A DNA stretch of 64,000 bases, from positions 1,782 through 65,781 of the forward strand of contig CAZSXS010000004.1 in NCBI GenBank assembly GCA_964611385.1, given 5' to 3'. The notes beneath the pieces were generated by a model. It had not been told where the DNA came from. It saw only the letters and a program-made list of their open reading frames with translations, and did not search any database. Position 1 is the stretch's first letter. Every line of letters begins with the position of its first letter. Both the position numbers and the translations under genes were made by a program. Origin of the DNA: an uncultured Defluviitaleaceae bacterium. Lineage in GTDB: Bacteria > Bacillota > Clostridia > Lachnospirales > CAYPQA01. Shown one piece after another: positions 7,203 through 14,675 of the stretch.

Positions 7203-8555
7203 TTACAGTCCTTTTTTCTTTAAACCATCCACGAAGGAGGCCTTTAAGGTATCGTGATCTGGAATGATGGAGATAAATTTAATTTCTCCGTCAACGCAAA
7301 TGGTGGGGATATTGGAAACGCCTAACTTCAACATAACGGCGACGGATTCCTTTTCCTTGACCTTGTATTCCTTGATCGACAGGTTCTTCAGGTCTGAAGC
7401 GGCTGTCCGAACGGCTTCCATCATGTACTGACAGGGTGCGCAAGACTCGGAGTCAAGCGTGATCACATCAATGTAAACCGTGCTTTGGTCGCTGTAATCA
7501 GGCAAGGAAACCTCAATGCCGGAAAGAGGGCTGACGCTTTCCATCAGGTCTGCAACTTCTCCATGAACCACAGCCGCAACAGCTTCTGCGTTTTCCACGG
7601 GAACATCAAAGGGCATGTCACAGCCTGGTGAAAGCACAAAGCCTTTTGTGCCGCCGATGGCCAGGCAGTTCATAGCGTCATTTATGTTGTCGGCAACACT
7701 TCCGAACAGCATGGTAAGCGTAAGCTTAATGTTCCCGCCGAAGGAAATATTATACTTTCTGCAAACGTCCCGAACATAGTCCAGAGGAATATTCTCGTCG
7801 ATAGACAAGCCGTCAGGACCGCTCTTACACATGACTTCAATGTTGTTCTTAGCGTTTCCGCAAACAAACAGAGTAACCAGCTTATTACGACTACGGACAT
7901 AGTCATAGATTTTTTTACAATAAGGCAAAACAAATTCCTCAAAGTTATCAGAAGAAATCTGGGAGGTCATAGGGTCTACAATGGCAATGATATCAACACC
8001 AGCATCCAGATACATTTTGGCAGTCTGTATGCCTACCTCAGCGCAGAAGTCCAGAAGCTTATAGGTTTCTTCCGGCTCGTCTATCATATTGTAGAAGATA
8101 TCGGTTCCCAGCAAGTGCAGAGCCAGGGTAAAGGGGCCAGTGATCAGGCCGTAAACCGCTTTGTCCTTTCCAACGGTCTCACAAATTTTGCGACAGGCAT
8201 CCAGGACAATGGGAAAGCGACCATCCTTTTCCGTCGGAATTTTTAAGTCAGCAAGCGTTTTACCCTCGGCTAAGGGGTGGGAGATAACAGAAGGAGGGTT
8301 ATGGGTAGCCCATTGGAGACGACAGCCCATGGCCTCAGCCTCAATCTGTAGGTCAAACAAAGCCGGGATTCCGTCAGCACGGTACTTCTCTACTGCCAGG
8401 CTTACTGCTTTCGTGATATGTTCACTGCTCTTGAAAAATTCTTCTGCGTTTACGCCGATCAGCTTCGCTGCATGACAGCCCACAAAGGGGACCCAGGGTG
8501 CTCTTGGCGTTTCTTGATTTTTAATGGCTGCTAAAACCAGTTCTTTTGAATTCAT
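7203..8555 (-). CDS. URO-D/MtaA/CmuA-family (methylcorrinoid-type) methyltransferase homologue fused to a C-terminal CxxC thioredoxin-like domain
   Basis: 450 aa. Residues 1-340 have URO-D-family features (PWVPFVGCHAAKL, ITGPFTLA, IVDPMTS, LFVCGN, SPGCDMP). Residues ~360-450 read VYIDVITLDSESCAPCQYM...GVSNIPTICVDGEIKFISIIPDHDTL, which is Trx-like. Confidence 0.8.
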   Translation of the reverse strand: MNSKELVLAAIKNQETPRAPWVPFVGCHAAKLIGVNAEEFFKSSEHITKAVSLAVEKYRADGIPALFDLQIEAEAMGCRLQWATHNPPSVISHPLAEGKTLADLKIPTEKDGRFPIVLDACRKICETVGKDKAVYGLITGPFTLALHLLGTDIFYNMIDEPEETYKLLDFCAEVGIQTAKMYLDAGVDIIAIVDPMTSQISSDNFEEFVLPYCKKIYDYVRSRNKLVTLFVCGNAKNNIEVMCKSGPDGLSIDENIPLDYVRDVCRKYNISFGGNIKLTLTMLFGSVADNINDAMNCLAIGGTKGFVLSPGCDMPFDVPVENAEAVAAVVHGEVADLMESVSPLSGIEVSLPDYSDQSTVYIDVITLDSESCAPCQYMMEAVRTAASDLKNLSIKEYKVKEKESVAVMLKLGVSNIPTICVDGEIKFISIIPDHDTLKASFVDGLKKKGL

Positions 8556-8582
8556 ATTTTAATTCCATCCTTATCTTTTATT

Positions 8583-8716
8583 TATACTCAGTCACGCTAG
8601 CTTTGCAAAGCCGCCGCCCAAAACAATAGAATTTAAGCAGGTTGAATGATGGCGGCTTGGTAAATGTTTAAGAGACTGAGTATAGCTACTTTGCAAAGTT
8701 GACAGTACTGAGTATA
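8583..8716 (+). repeat. Intergenic repeat family C: full copy C1 (8583-8684) plus an adjacent partial right end (8685-8716)
   Basis: Terminal inverted repeats TATACTCAGT and ACTGAGTATA flank ~80 bp containing CTTTGCAAAGCCGCCGCCC. The reverse complement matches 23085-23186 almost base for base. Confidence 0.8.
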
Positions 8717-8801
8717 AGTGACGAAAGCCCTGTTTTCTTTAACTATTTTATTTTTATTTGTAAATGATTATGGTTTCAGTTTTTACCAATCCGTTTTTTA
8801 G

Positions 8802-8830
8802 TTGCTAATAACTGTATTTTGTGGCATAAT
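8802..8830 (+). promoter_or_regulatory. Candidate sigma-A promoter upstream of ligA
   Basis: TTGCTA, 17-nt spacer, CATAAT. Confidence 0.35.
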
Positions 8831-8879
8831 CCAGAACAAATTAAAGGGAAATTAACATACCACAAGAAAGGAATTTTCT

Positions 8880-10940
8880 ATGCCGCGCAAAAAAAACACA
8901 GACGACACAAAAACAGAAACCCAGCAAGTCAAAAAAACGCCTCGTAAGAAAGAGGGCGTAGAGGCTAAAGCTTTCGAATCCGATCTGGAGCTTTCTATAA
9001 AAATCCGCTCCCTTACGGAACGATTGAATGAAGCCAGAAAAGCCTATGAAACCGGCACGGCTATCATGAGTGACCGGGAATACGACGCTCTGTATGACGA
9101 ATTATTGGAAATAGAGCAAAGGACAGGGATCATCCTAGAAGACAGTCCGACTCAAAACGTAGGTTACACCGTCCTGGACAGTTTGGAAAAGGTTCCTCAT
9201 GAGCGCCCTATGTTATCCTTGGATAAGACCAAGGAGGTCAGCAAGCTAAAGTCCTTTTTGGACAAAGAAGAAGGACTGTTGTCCTGGAAGCTAGACGGGC
9301 TGACAGTCGTACTGAAGTATCAGGGCGGCCTGCTCAACCAAGCACTCACCCGCGGCAACGGCTTAATCGGGGAGGACATCACCCATAACGCAAAGCACTT
9401 TAAAAACCTGCCAAAAAAAATAGCCCATACGGGCGAGCTGATTATACGTGCTGAGGCAGTGATTTCGTATAAGGAATTTGAAAAAATCAATGAGGACTCC
9501 CAAGAAAAATACAAAAACCCAAGAAATCTATGCAGCGGCACGGTTCGGCAGCTAAACAGTGAGATTGTTGCAAAACGGAGTATTGATCTTTTTGCCTTCT
9601 CCCTAGTGAAATCCGACGAGACTTTTGAAAAAAAATCTCAAGGGCTTCTTTGGCTGCAAGGGCTTGGGTTTCAGATTGTAGGCTATGAGATGGTTACGGC
9701 GGCCACTGTGGAAGAGAAGGTTTTGGACTTCGAGCAAAAAATCAGCCAAAACGAGTATGGCTCAGACGGCCTCGTACTAACTTATGACGACATTGCCTAC
9801 AGTCTATCTCTTGGCCAAACCTCTAAATTCCCCAGGGATTCCATTGCCTTTAAATGGCGGGATGAACTGAGTGAAACGACTCTCTTGGAAGTGAGCTGGA
9901 ACACCTCACGAACGGGCTTGATCAATCCCGTTGCGGTTTTTGAGCCGGTAGAGCTGGAGGGAACAACGGTTCGAAACGCCAGCCTTCATAATTTAAGCAT
10001 ACTGGAGGAACTGGAGCTTGGCATCGGGGACACCATTACCGTGTATAAGGCTAACATGATCATCCCCCAGGTGGCTGACAACCTAACTCGCAGCAATCAG
10101 ATTGATATCCCTAAAAGCTGCCCCGTTTGCGGCAGCGATACAGAGATCGTCACGAACATAACGGTCAAATCCCTCTATTGTTCCAATCCAAACTGCCGGG
10201 CGCAGCTGGTGCATTCTCTCACCCACTATTGTTGCCGGGACGCCTGTAACATCGAAAACCTTTCGGAAGCCACTATAGAAAAGTTCGTGGATCAGGGTTT
10301 TATTGAGGATTTTTCGGATATCTATAAGTTGCCAGATCATGAAGAAGCCATTTTGGAGCTAGAAGGCTTTGGTCGCCGCTCCTATGACAGACTGATGGAA
10401 TCCATTGAAAAGTCAAAAACTCTGCCTCTGTTCCGACTGATTTATGCCCTGGGCATTCACCATGTGGGTCTTAGCAATGCAAAGCTCTTATGCAAGCACT
10501 ACAGCCTGGATGAAATCCGAAGCATCAGCGTAGAACAGTTGGTGGCCATTGACGGCTTTGGAGAAGTGATTGCAAACTCTATTGTAAAGTATTTTTCTAA
10601 CCAGGAAAACCAAAGCTTGCTGGGTCGCCTTTTAAGCTATGTGGAAATTCTTCCAGACAAGACCCATGTTCAGGGTGATACATCGGATCAATCCCAACTT
10701 CCCCTAAAAGGTCTGAGCTTTGTAATTACAGGTACGCTGAATCACTTCGAAAATCGGGGCCTATTGGAAAGCCTTATTGAAGAGAAAGGCGGCTCCGTAT
10801 CCAAGAGCGTCAGCAAGAACACCAGTTATCTAATTAACAATGACCAAGACTCCGCTTCTTCCAAAAACAAAAAGGCCCTTAGCCTTGGTATTCAGATTAT
10901 CAGTGAAGATGCGTTTTTGGAAATGGTTGGGGCGCAGTAA
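8880..10940 (+). CDS. ligA: NAD-dependent DNA ligase
   Basis: Seen: adenylation motif KLDGLTV, Ia-domain segment SDREYDALYDEL, zinc finger CPVCGS...CSNPNC, HhH region, and C-terminal BRCT (FVITGTL...SKNTSYLI). There is an unusual ~35-aa lysine-rich N-terminal extension. Confidence 0.9.
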   Translation: MPRKKNTDDTKTETQQVKKTPRKKEGVEAKAFESDLELSIKIRSLTERLNEARKAYETGTAIMSDREYDALYDELLEIEQRTGIILEDSPTQNVGYTVLDSLEKVPHERPMLSLDKTKEVSKLKSFLDKEEGLLSWKLDGLTVVLKYQGGLLNQALTRGNGLIGEDITHNAKHFKNLPKKIAHTGELIIRAEAVISYKEFEKINEDSQEKYKNPRNLCSGTVRQLNSEIVAKRSIDLFAFSLVKSDETFEKKSQGLLWLQGLGFQIVGYEMVTAATVEEKVLDFEQKISQNEYGSDGLVLTYDDIAYSLSLGQTSKFPRDSIAFKWRDELSETTLLEVSWNTSRTGLINPVAVFEPVELEGTTVRNASLHNLSILEELELGIGDTITVYKANMIIPQVADNLTRSNQIDIPKSCPVCGSDTEIVTNITVKSLYCSNPNCRAQLVHSLTHYCCRDACNIENLSEATIEKFVDQGFIEDFSDIYKLPDHEEAILELEGFGRRSYDRLMESIEKSKTLPLFRLIYALGIHHVGLSNAKLLCKHYSLDEIRSISVEQLVAIDGFGEVIANSIVKYFSNQENQSLLGRLLSYVEILPDKTHVQGDTSDQSQLPLKGLSFVITGTLNHFENRGLLESLIEEKGGSVSKSVSKNTSYLINNDQDSASSKNKKALSLGIQIISEDAFLEMVGAQ

Positions 10941-11090
10941 AGGCGACTAACCTTGGAAACATAGGGAGAGATGACTTCGCTCTTTCGCAGATTCAAATAT
11001 TTTGCATTAAGTAAACCTTTCAAAGCCTACGCTCATGATTCCACCGGCAGACAAAATCAATAGGATGGTTGTTGTTAGCAATTTAAGGTG

Positions 11091-11129
11091 AAAAAGAGCG
11101 CGACCGACAGATGCGGTCGCGCTCTTTTA
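11091..11129. terminator. Bidirectional rho-independent terminator between ligA and the AraC-family gene
   Basis: Stem AGAGCGCGACCG (11095-11106) pairs with CGGTCGCGCTCT (11114-11125). It is flanked by an A-run upstream and a T-run downstream. Confidence 0.7.
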
Positions 11130-11157
11130 AGTGAAGAACTCTATTGGGCACTTGATT

Positions 11158-11946
11158 TTATATAGCAATCATCAAATAATCCCAACCATCGGAAGTATAC
11201 GCCTTTGTAAAACCGAAATGCAGGAAGGCCTTGCAGCTTTCACTGTTTTCGTATTGCGGAGATATTAGCGTTGACACGTTCATCATCTTGCATTGGCGTT
11301 TCATCTCGGCAAGCATTTTTTCCATGACAGCATCATTATCTCCACCAGTTAAAACAAAATTGTTATCGAAAAGGAAGCCAAGTGGCAATCCGAATGGTTT
11401 TTCCATTGGGAGCGCCATAACCACTTTACCGTCAACCTGTGCAACAAGATGAATACCCTCTCGGCGCTCTAGTTTTTCGATCGATGGCAAGATTTTAACC
11501 TCCGTAATCTGCCTTGGTGTCATTGCACTGTAAACATTTTCCCACAAGTCTTGAACGTCGTCTTTACATATGGGACGAATAACGATTTTTGAATTTTCCA
11601 CTAGCTTTATCCCCTTTGTTTTTGGTTTTCGTGCATGTTCGGCATACTCCTTTGGCGATACGCCGAATTGTGCGGTAAAAGCTCTTGTAAATCCCGCGTG
11701 AGTGCCAAAGCAGTAGTCCATTGCTACTTCGCAAATGCCTTTTCCGTGGGAAATTTCAATTGCACTGGCATAAATACGTTGTTCACGAACATACTCCATG
11801 ATCGACTGCCCTGTGACCCCCTTAAACTCGCGAGCAAAGTGATAAGCCGAATACCCGACAAAACGCGCTATTTCATCAAGTGAAAATTCGTCTTTCAAAT
11901 GTTCAGATACAAAAGATTTTACCTTGTCAATGTGTGCCTGTTCCAT
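11158..11946 (-). CDS. AraC-family HTH regulator fused to a GNAT-like C-terminal domain
   Basis: I place the start at ATG 11946 (MEQAHIDKV; RBS GGAGAAGGA), not the track's 12165. The N-terminal HTH_18 pattern is LDEIARFVGYSAYHFAREFK...EVAMDYCFGTHAGFTRAFTAQFGVSP. The C-terminal ~150 aa (IVIRPICKDDVQDLWENVY...) looks acetyltransferase-like. Confidence 0.75.
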   Translation of the reverse strand: MEQAHIDKVKSFVSEHLKDEFSLDEIARFVGYSAYHFAREFKGVTGQSIMEYVREQRIYASAIEISHGKGICEVAMDYCFGTHAGFTRAFTAQFGVSPKEYAEHARKPKTKGIKLVENSKIVIRPICKDDVQDLWENVYSAMTPRQITEVKILPSIEKLERREGIHLVAQVDGKVVMALPMEKPFGLPLGFLFDNNFVLTGGDNDAVMEKMLAEMKRQCKMMNVSTLISPQYENSESCKAFLHFGFTKAYTSDGWDYLMIAI

Positions 11947-12090
11947 AAGATCAATCCTTCTCCGTACGGTAACTTTATTATAACGAATATTTTGTACAAA
12001 GCTTTTCGTGAATTGCGGATTTAAAACATAGAAATTCAGAGAACGATACTCTTTCTTCTGAGCAGAATATAATTTTTCGGGTAGGGGTAA

Positions 12091-12130
12091 AACCCAAAAA
12101 ATCGGGGTTACGGCATATTGCCGTAACCCC
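12091..12130 (-). terminator. Rho-independent terminator of ychF
   Basis: A 12-bp stem GGGGTTACGGCA/TGCCGTAACCCC (12104-12130) is followed on the minus strand by GATTTTTTGGGTTTT. Confidence 0.75.
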
Positions 12131-12165
12131 AGTATTAACAAATAAAAATGAATAAAACAATCCAC

Positions 12166-13245
12166 TTACACATTAAACCTAAACAAAGTCACATCCCCAT
12201 CTTTCATGACATATTCCTTACCCTCCAGGCGCACCAGACCTTTTTCTTTGGCAGCGGTGTAGGAGCCTAGGCTGATGAGGTCGTCATAGTTGACAATTTC
12301 CGCTCGAATAAAGCCCCGCTCAAAGTCCGTATGGATTTTTCCCGCAGCTTGGGGCGCCTTTGAACCCTTCTTAATGGTCCAGGCCCGCACTTCCTTTGGC
12401 CCTGCGGTCAAAAAGCTGATGAGACCCAGTAACTCGTAGCTGGCTTTGATGATTCGTTCCAGACCACTTTCCTCTAAGCCCAAATCTTGTAAAAACAAAA
12501 GCTTTTCGTCCTCGTCCAATTGGGCAATCTCTGCTTCTATCTTGGCACAGACCACGAAAACCTGGGAACCCTCCGACTTCGCATAGGCTTCAAGCGTGGC
12601 TACATGCTCGTTGTGAAGTGCTTCCTCGGAAACATTAGCAGCATAGATGACCGGCTTTGTAGTCAGCAGATTCAAGCTGGCTACGATGGCCTTATCCTCT
12701 TCATCGAAGCTCAGGCTTCTTGCCGACTGTCCCTTGTTCAGGGTTTCGATGATTTGCTCAATGAGTTCCGCTTCTCTTTGATAGGACTTGTCTGCCTTAA
12801 GTGCCTTGCCGATTTTGGACTGGCGGCGTTCCAAGCTGTCCAGATCTGCATAGATCAGCTCCAAGTTGATGGTTTCGATATCGCGGCAAGGATCCACGGT
12901 TTGATCCACATGGATCACATTGCCATCCTCGAAGCAGCGCACCACATGCAGCAGTGCGTCCACCTCCCGAATGTGGGACAAAAACTGGTTGCCCAGCCCC
13001 TCTCCCTTGGAAGCCCCCCGCACCAGACCGGCTATATCGACAAACTCCACTACGGCGGGAATTAACTTTTCCGATTTATACAGCTCTTGCAGCCGGTTTA
13101 GCCTATCATCTCTCACCGGAACGATGCCCACATTGGGGTCTATGGTACAAAACGGATAATTGGCCGCCTCGGCCCCCGCCTTGGTCAAAGAATTAAACAA
13201 AGTGCTTTTGCCCACATTGGGAAGCCCAACAATCCCTAATTTCAT
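12166..13245 (-). CDS. ychF: Ribosome-binding ATPase YchF
   Basis: [27 protein letters not shown], the C-terminal TGS-type region, and the full-length family pattern. Confidence 0.9.
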   Translation of the reverse strand: MKLGIVGLPNVGKSTLFNSLTKAGAEAANYPFCTIDPNVGIVPVRDDRLNRLQELYKSEKLIPAVVEFVDIAGLVRGASKGEGLGNQFLSHIREVDALLHVVRCFEDGNVIHVDQTVDPCRDIETINLELIYADLDSLERRQSKIGKALKADKSYQREAELIEQIIETLNKGQSARSLSFDEEDKAIVASLNLLTTKPVIYAANVSEEALHNEHVATLEAYAKSEGSQVFVVCAKIEAEIAQLDEDEKLLFLQDLGLEESGLERIIKASYELLGLISFLTAGPKEVRAWTIKKGSKAPQAAGKIHTDFERGFIRAEIVNYDDLISLGSYTAAKEKGLVRLEGKEYVMKDGDVTLFRFNV

Positions 13246-13536
13246 TTCTTTACTCCCTTTCTTAGTTCATCAGAATTTAATACTTATTCAATACTTATTC
13301 AACAAATTCAGTCAACTGTATCACAGTTACTTTAAACCGTCAACTTCAATTTCCTGTGAGGAGCAACATTCTTTGTAGTTTCTTTAAACATTTTCATGGC
13401 TAAGAATGGTATACTTTATAAAACAAATTTGTTGAGCCAACTGATCAATTAAATTTGTTGAATCCAAACGAAGGGGGGCTTACTTACATTTTTCACGTAG
13501 TATTTAAGTGCGGCAAAGCCGCAGAGGGAGCATATT

Positions 13537-14499
13537 ATGATTAAAACAAAGAGAATTTTCGTTTCACTGGTAATGACATTTTGCATTACCTTGATGTCCT
13601 TGGGGTTTCGTCCAGCTTCTGTACAGGCAGCTTCCACCAAGGATTTTGTAGTGATTAACCTAACCCAGGCAGAAATTTATGCCCTATATGTCTCTCCGTC
13701 GGATGCTGAGGACTGGGGCGAGGATATTTTAACCGTTGACACGCTTCCCAATGAAGAAATGGTTGAAGTTCAATTTGACTTTAATGAAGACATAAGCTTT
13801 TGGGATTTGAGAGCAGAAGACCAGGACGGGAACGCCATTGTCTTTGAGAATGTGAATGTAGATGAGATTTGGAATGTTACTTTGGGCTTTGTTGATGAAA
13901 AACCGGTAGCTCTCATGGGCAAAAAGCACTGGGTTAATCTGAATAATGCCACAGGCGTTGACATTTATGCCCTCTATCTTTCACCCACCGATACCGATGC
14001 GTGGGGCGAGGATGTCTTGGATGTGGAAGTACTCTCCGACGGCGAAGAAGCTCAATTTATGGTTTTGGCTCAGGCTGGTCAAAGATATTGGGATTTAAGG
14101 ATTGAAGATTCAGACGGAAACGCAGTGACCTGGACAGGTCTTGACATCACTACCATGAGCGACTTAAAGCTCATCCTCAAGGATGGTGAAGCACTCATCG
14201 GTGCCAATTACAATTTGGACTTCACTTTGACAAATAATGCCGGACTTCCGCTGTATGCCTTGTATCTCTCTCCTGCCGAATCCAACGAGTGGGGAGAGGA
14301 TATCTTAGGTCTTGATATACTTGAAGACGGTACAAAGGCAAACATCTCATTTGCTCCTGATGCAAGCGCTCAGCTTTGGGATTTAAGAATCGAAGACCAA
14401 GACGGCGGCTTTGAAGTTTGGAAAAATATTGATTTGTCTGTTGCAAACGAAATTACGATTGTCATAGAAAACAAGGTTTGCAAAGCATATGTCCGATAA
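13537..14499 (+). CDS. Secreted protein built from three tandem ~95-aa repeats of an unassigned domain
   Basis: A signal peptide (VSLVMTFCITLMSLGFRPASVQA) is followed by three repeats, each carrying YALY[VL]SP...WGED[IV]L and WDLR[AI]ED[QS]DG. Confidence 0.7.
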   Translation: MIKTKRIFVSLVMTFCITLMSLGFRPASVQAASTKDFVVINLTQAEIYALYVSPSDAEDWGEDILTVDTLPNEEMVEVQFDFNEDISFWDLRAEDQDGNAIVFENVNVDEIWNVTLGFVDEKPVALMGKKHWVNLNNATGVDIYALYLSPTDTDAWGEDVLDVEVLSDGEEAQFMVLAQAGQRYWDLRIEDSDGNAVTWTGLDITTMSDLKLILKDGEALIGANYNLDFTLTNNAGLPLYALYLSPAESNEWGEDILGLDILEDGTKANISFAPDASAQLWDLRIEDQDGGFEVWKNIDLSVANEITIVIENKVCKAYVR

Positions 14500-14538
14500 G
14501 CAATAAAAGTATAATGCCCCCCTTTTTATTGCCTTGCA

Positions 14539-14587
14539 AAAAAAACAGCCTCTTTCCGACTGCAATCGGACAGAGGCTGTTTTTTTC
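14539..14587. terminator. Bidirectional rho-independent terminator
   Basis: ACAGCCTCT...AGAGGCTGT stem with an inner TCCGA/TCGGA pairing. An A-run precedes it and TTTTTTTT follows. Confidence 0.75.
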
Positions 14588-14675
14588 TTGCTTTTGATAA
14601 ATGGTTAAGAGACTATGTTTACAAATGATTTAGAAAATGCTATATTTTTATAAAAAGAATAGGAGGACAGTAAGA

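Noticed and set aside
11947-12165. The track's 5' extension of the AraC-family ORF back to 12165, with similar upstream extensions for 14637, 16468, 17181, 21459, 23196, 29214, 30210, 32652, 34984, 46545, 48963, 54168 and 58406.
   Set aside because: The extensions cross terminators, promoters or repeats, lack RBSs, and give non-homologous N-termini. Internal ATGs with good Shine-Dalgarno sequences fit the family N-termini.
13281-13305. The direct repeat AATACTTATTC x2 upstream of ychF as a regulatory site.
   Set aside because: It is a short AT-rich tandem repeat with no recognisable dyad or known motif. The evidence is insufficient to call a binding site.
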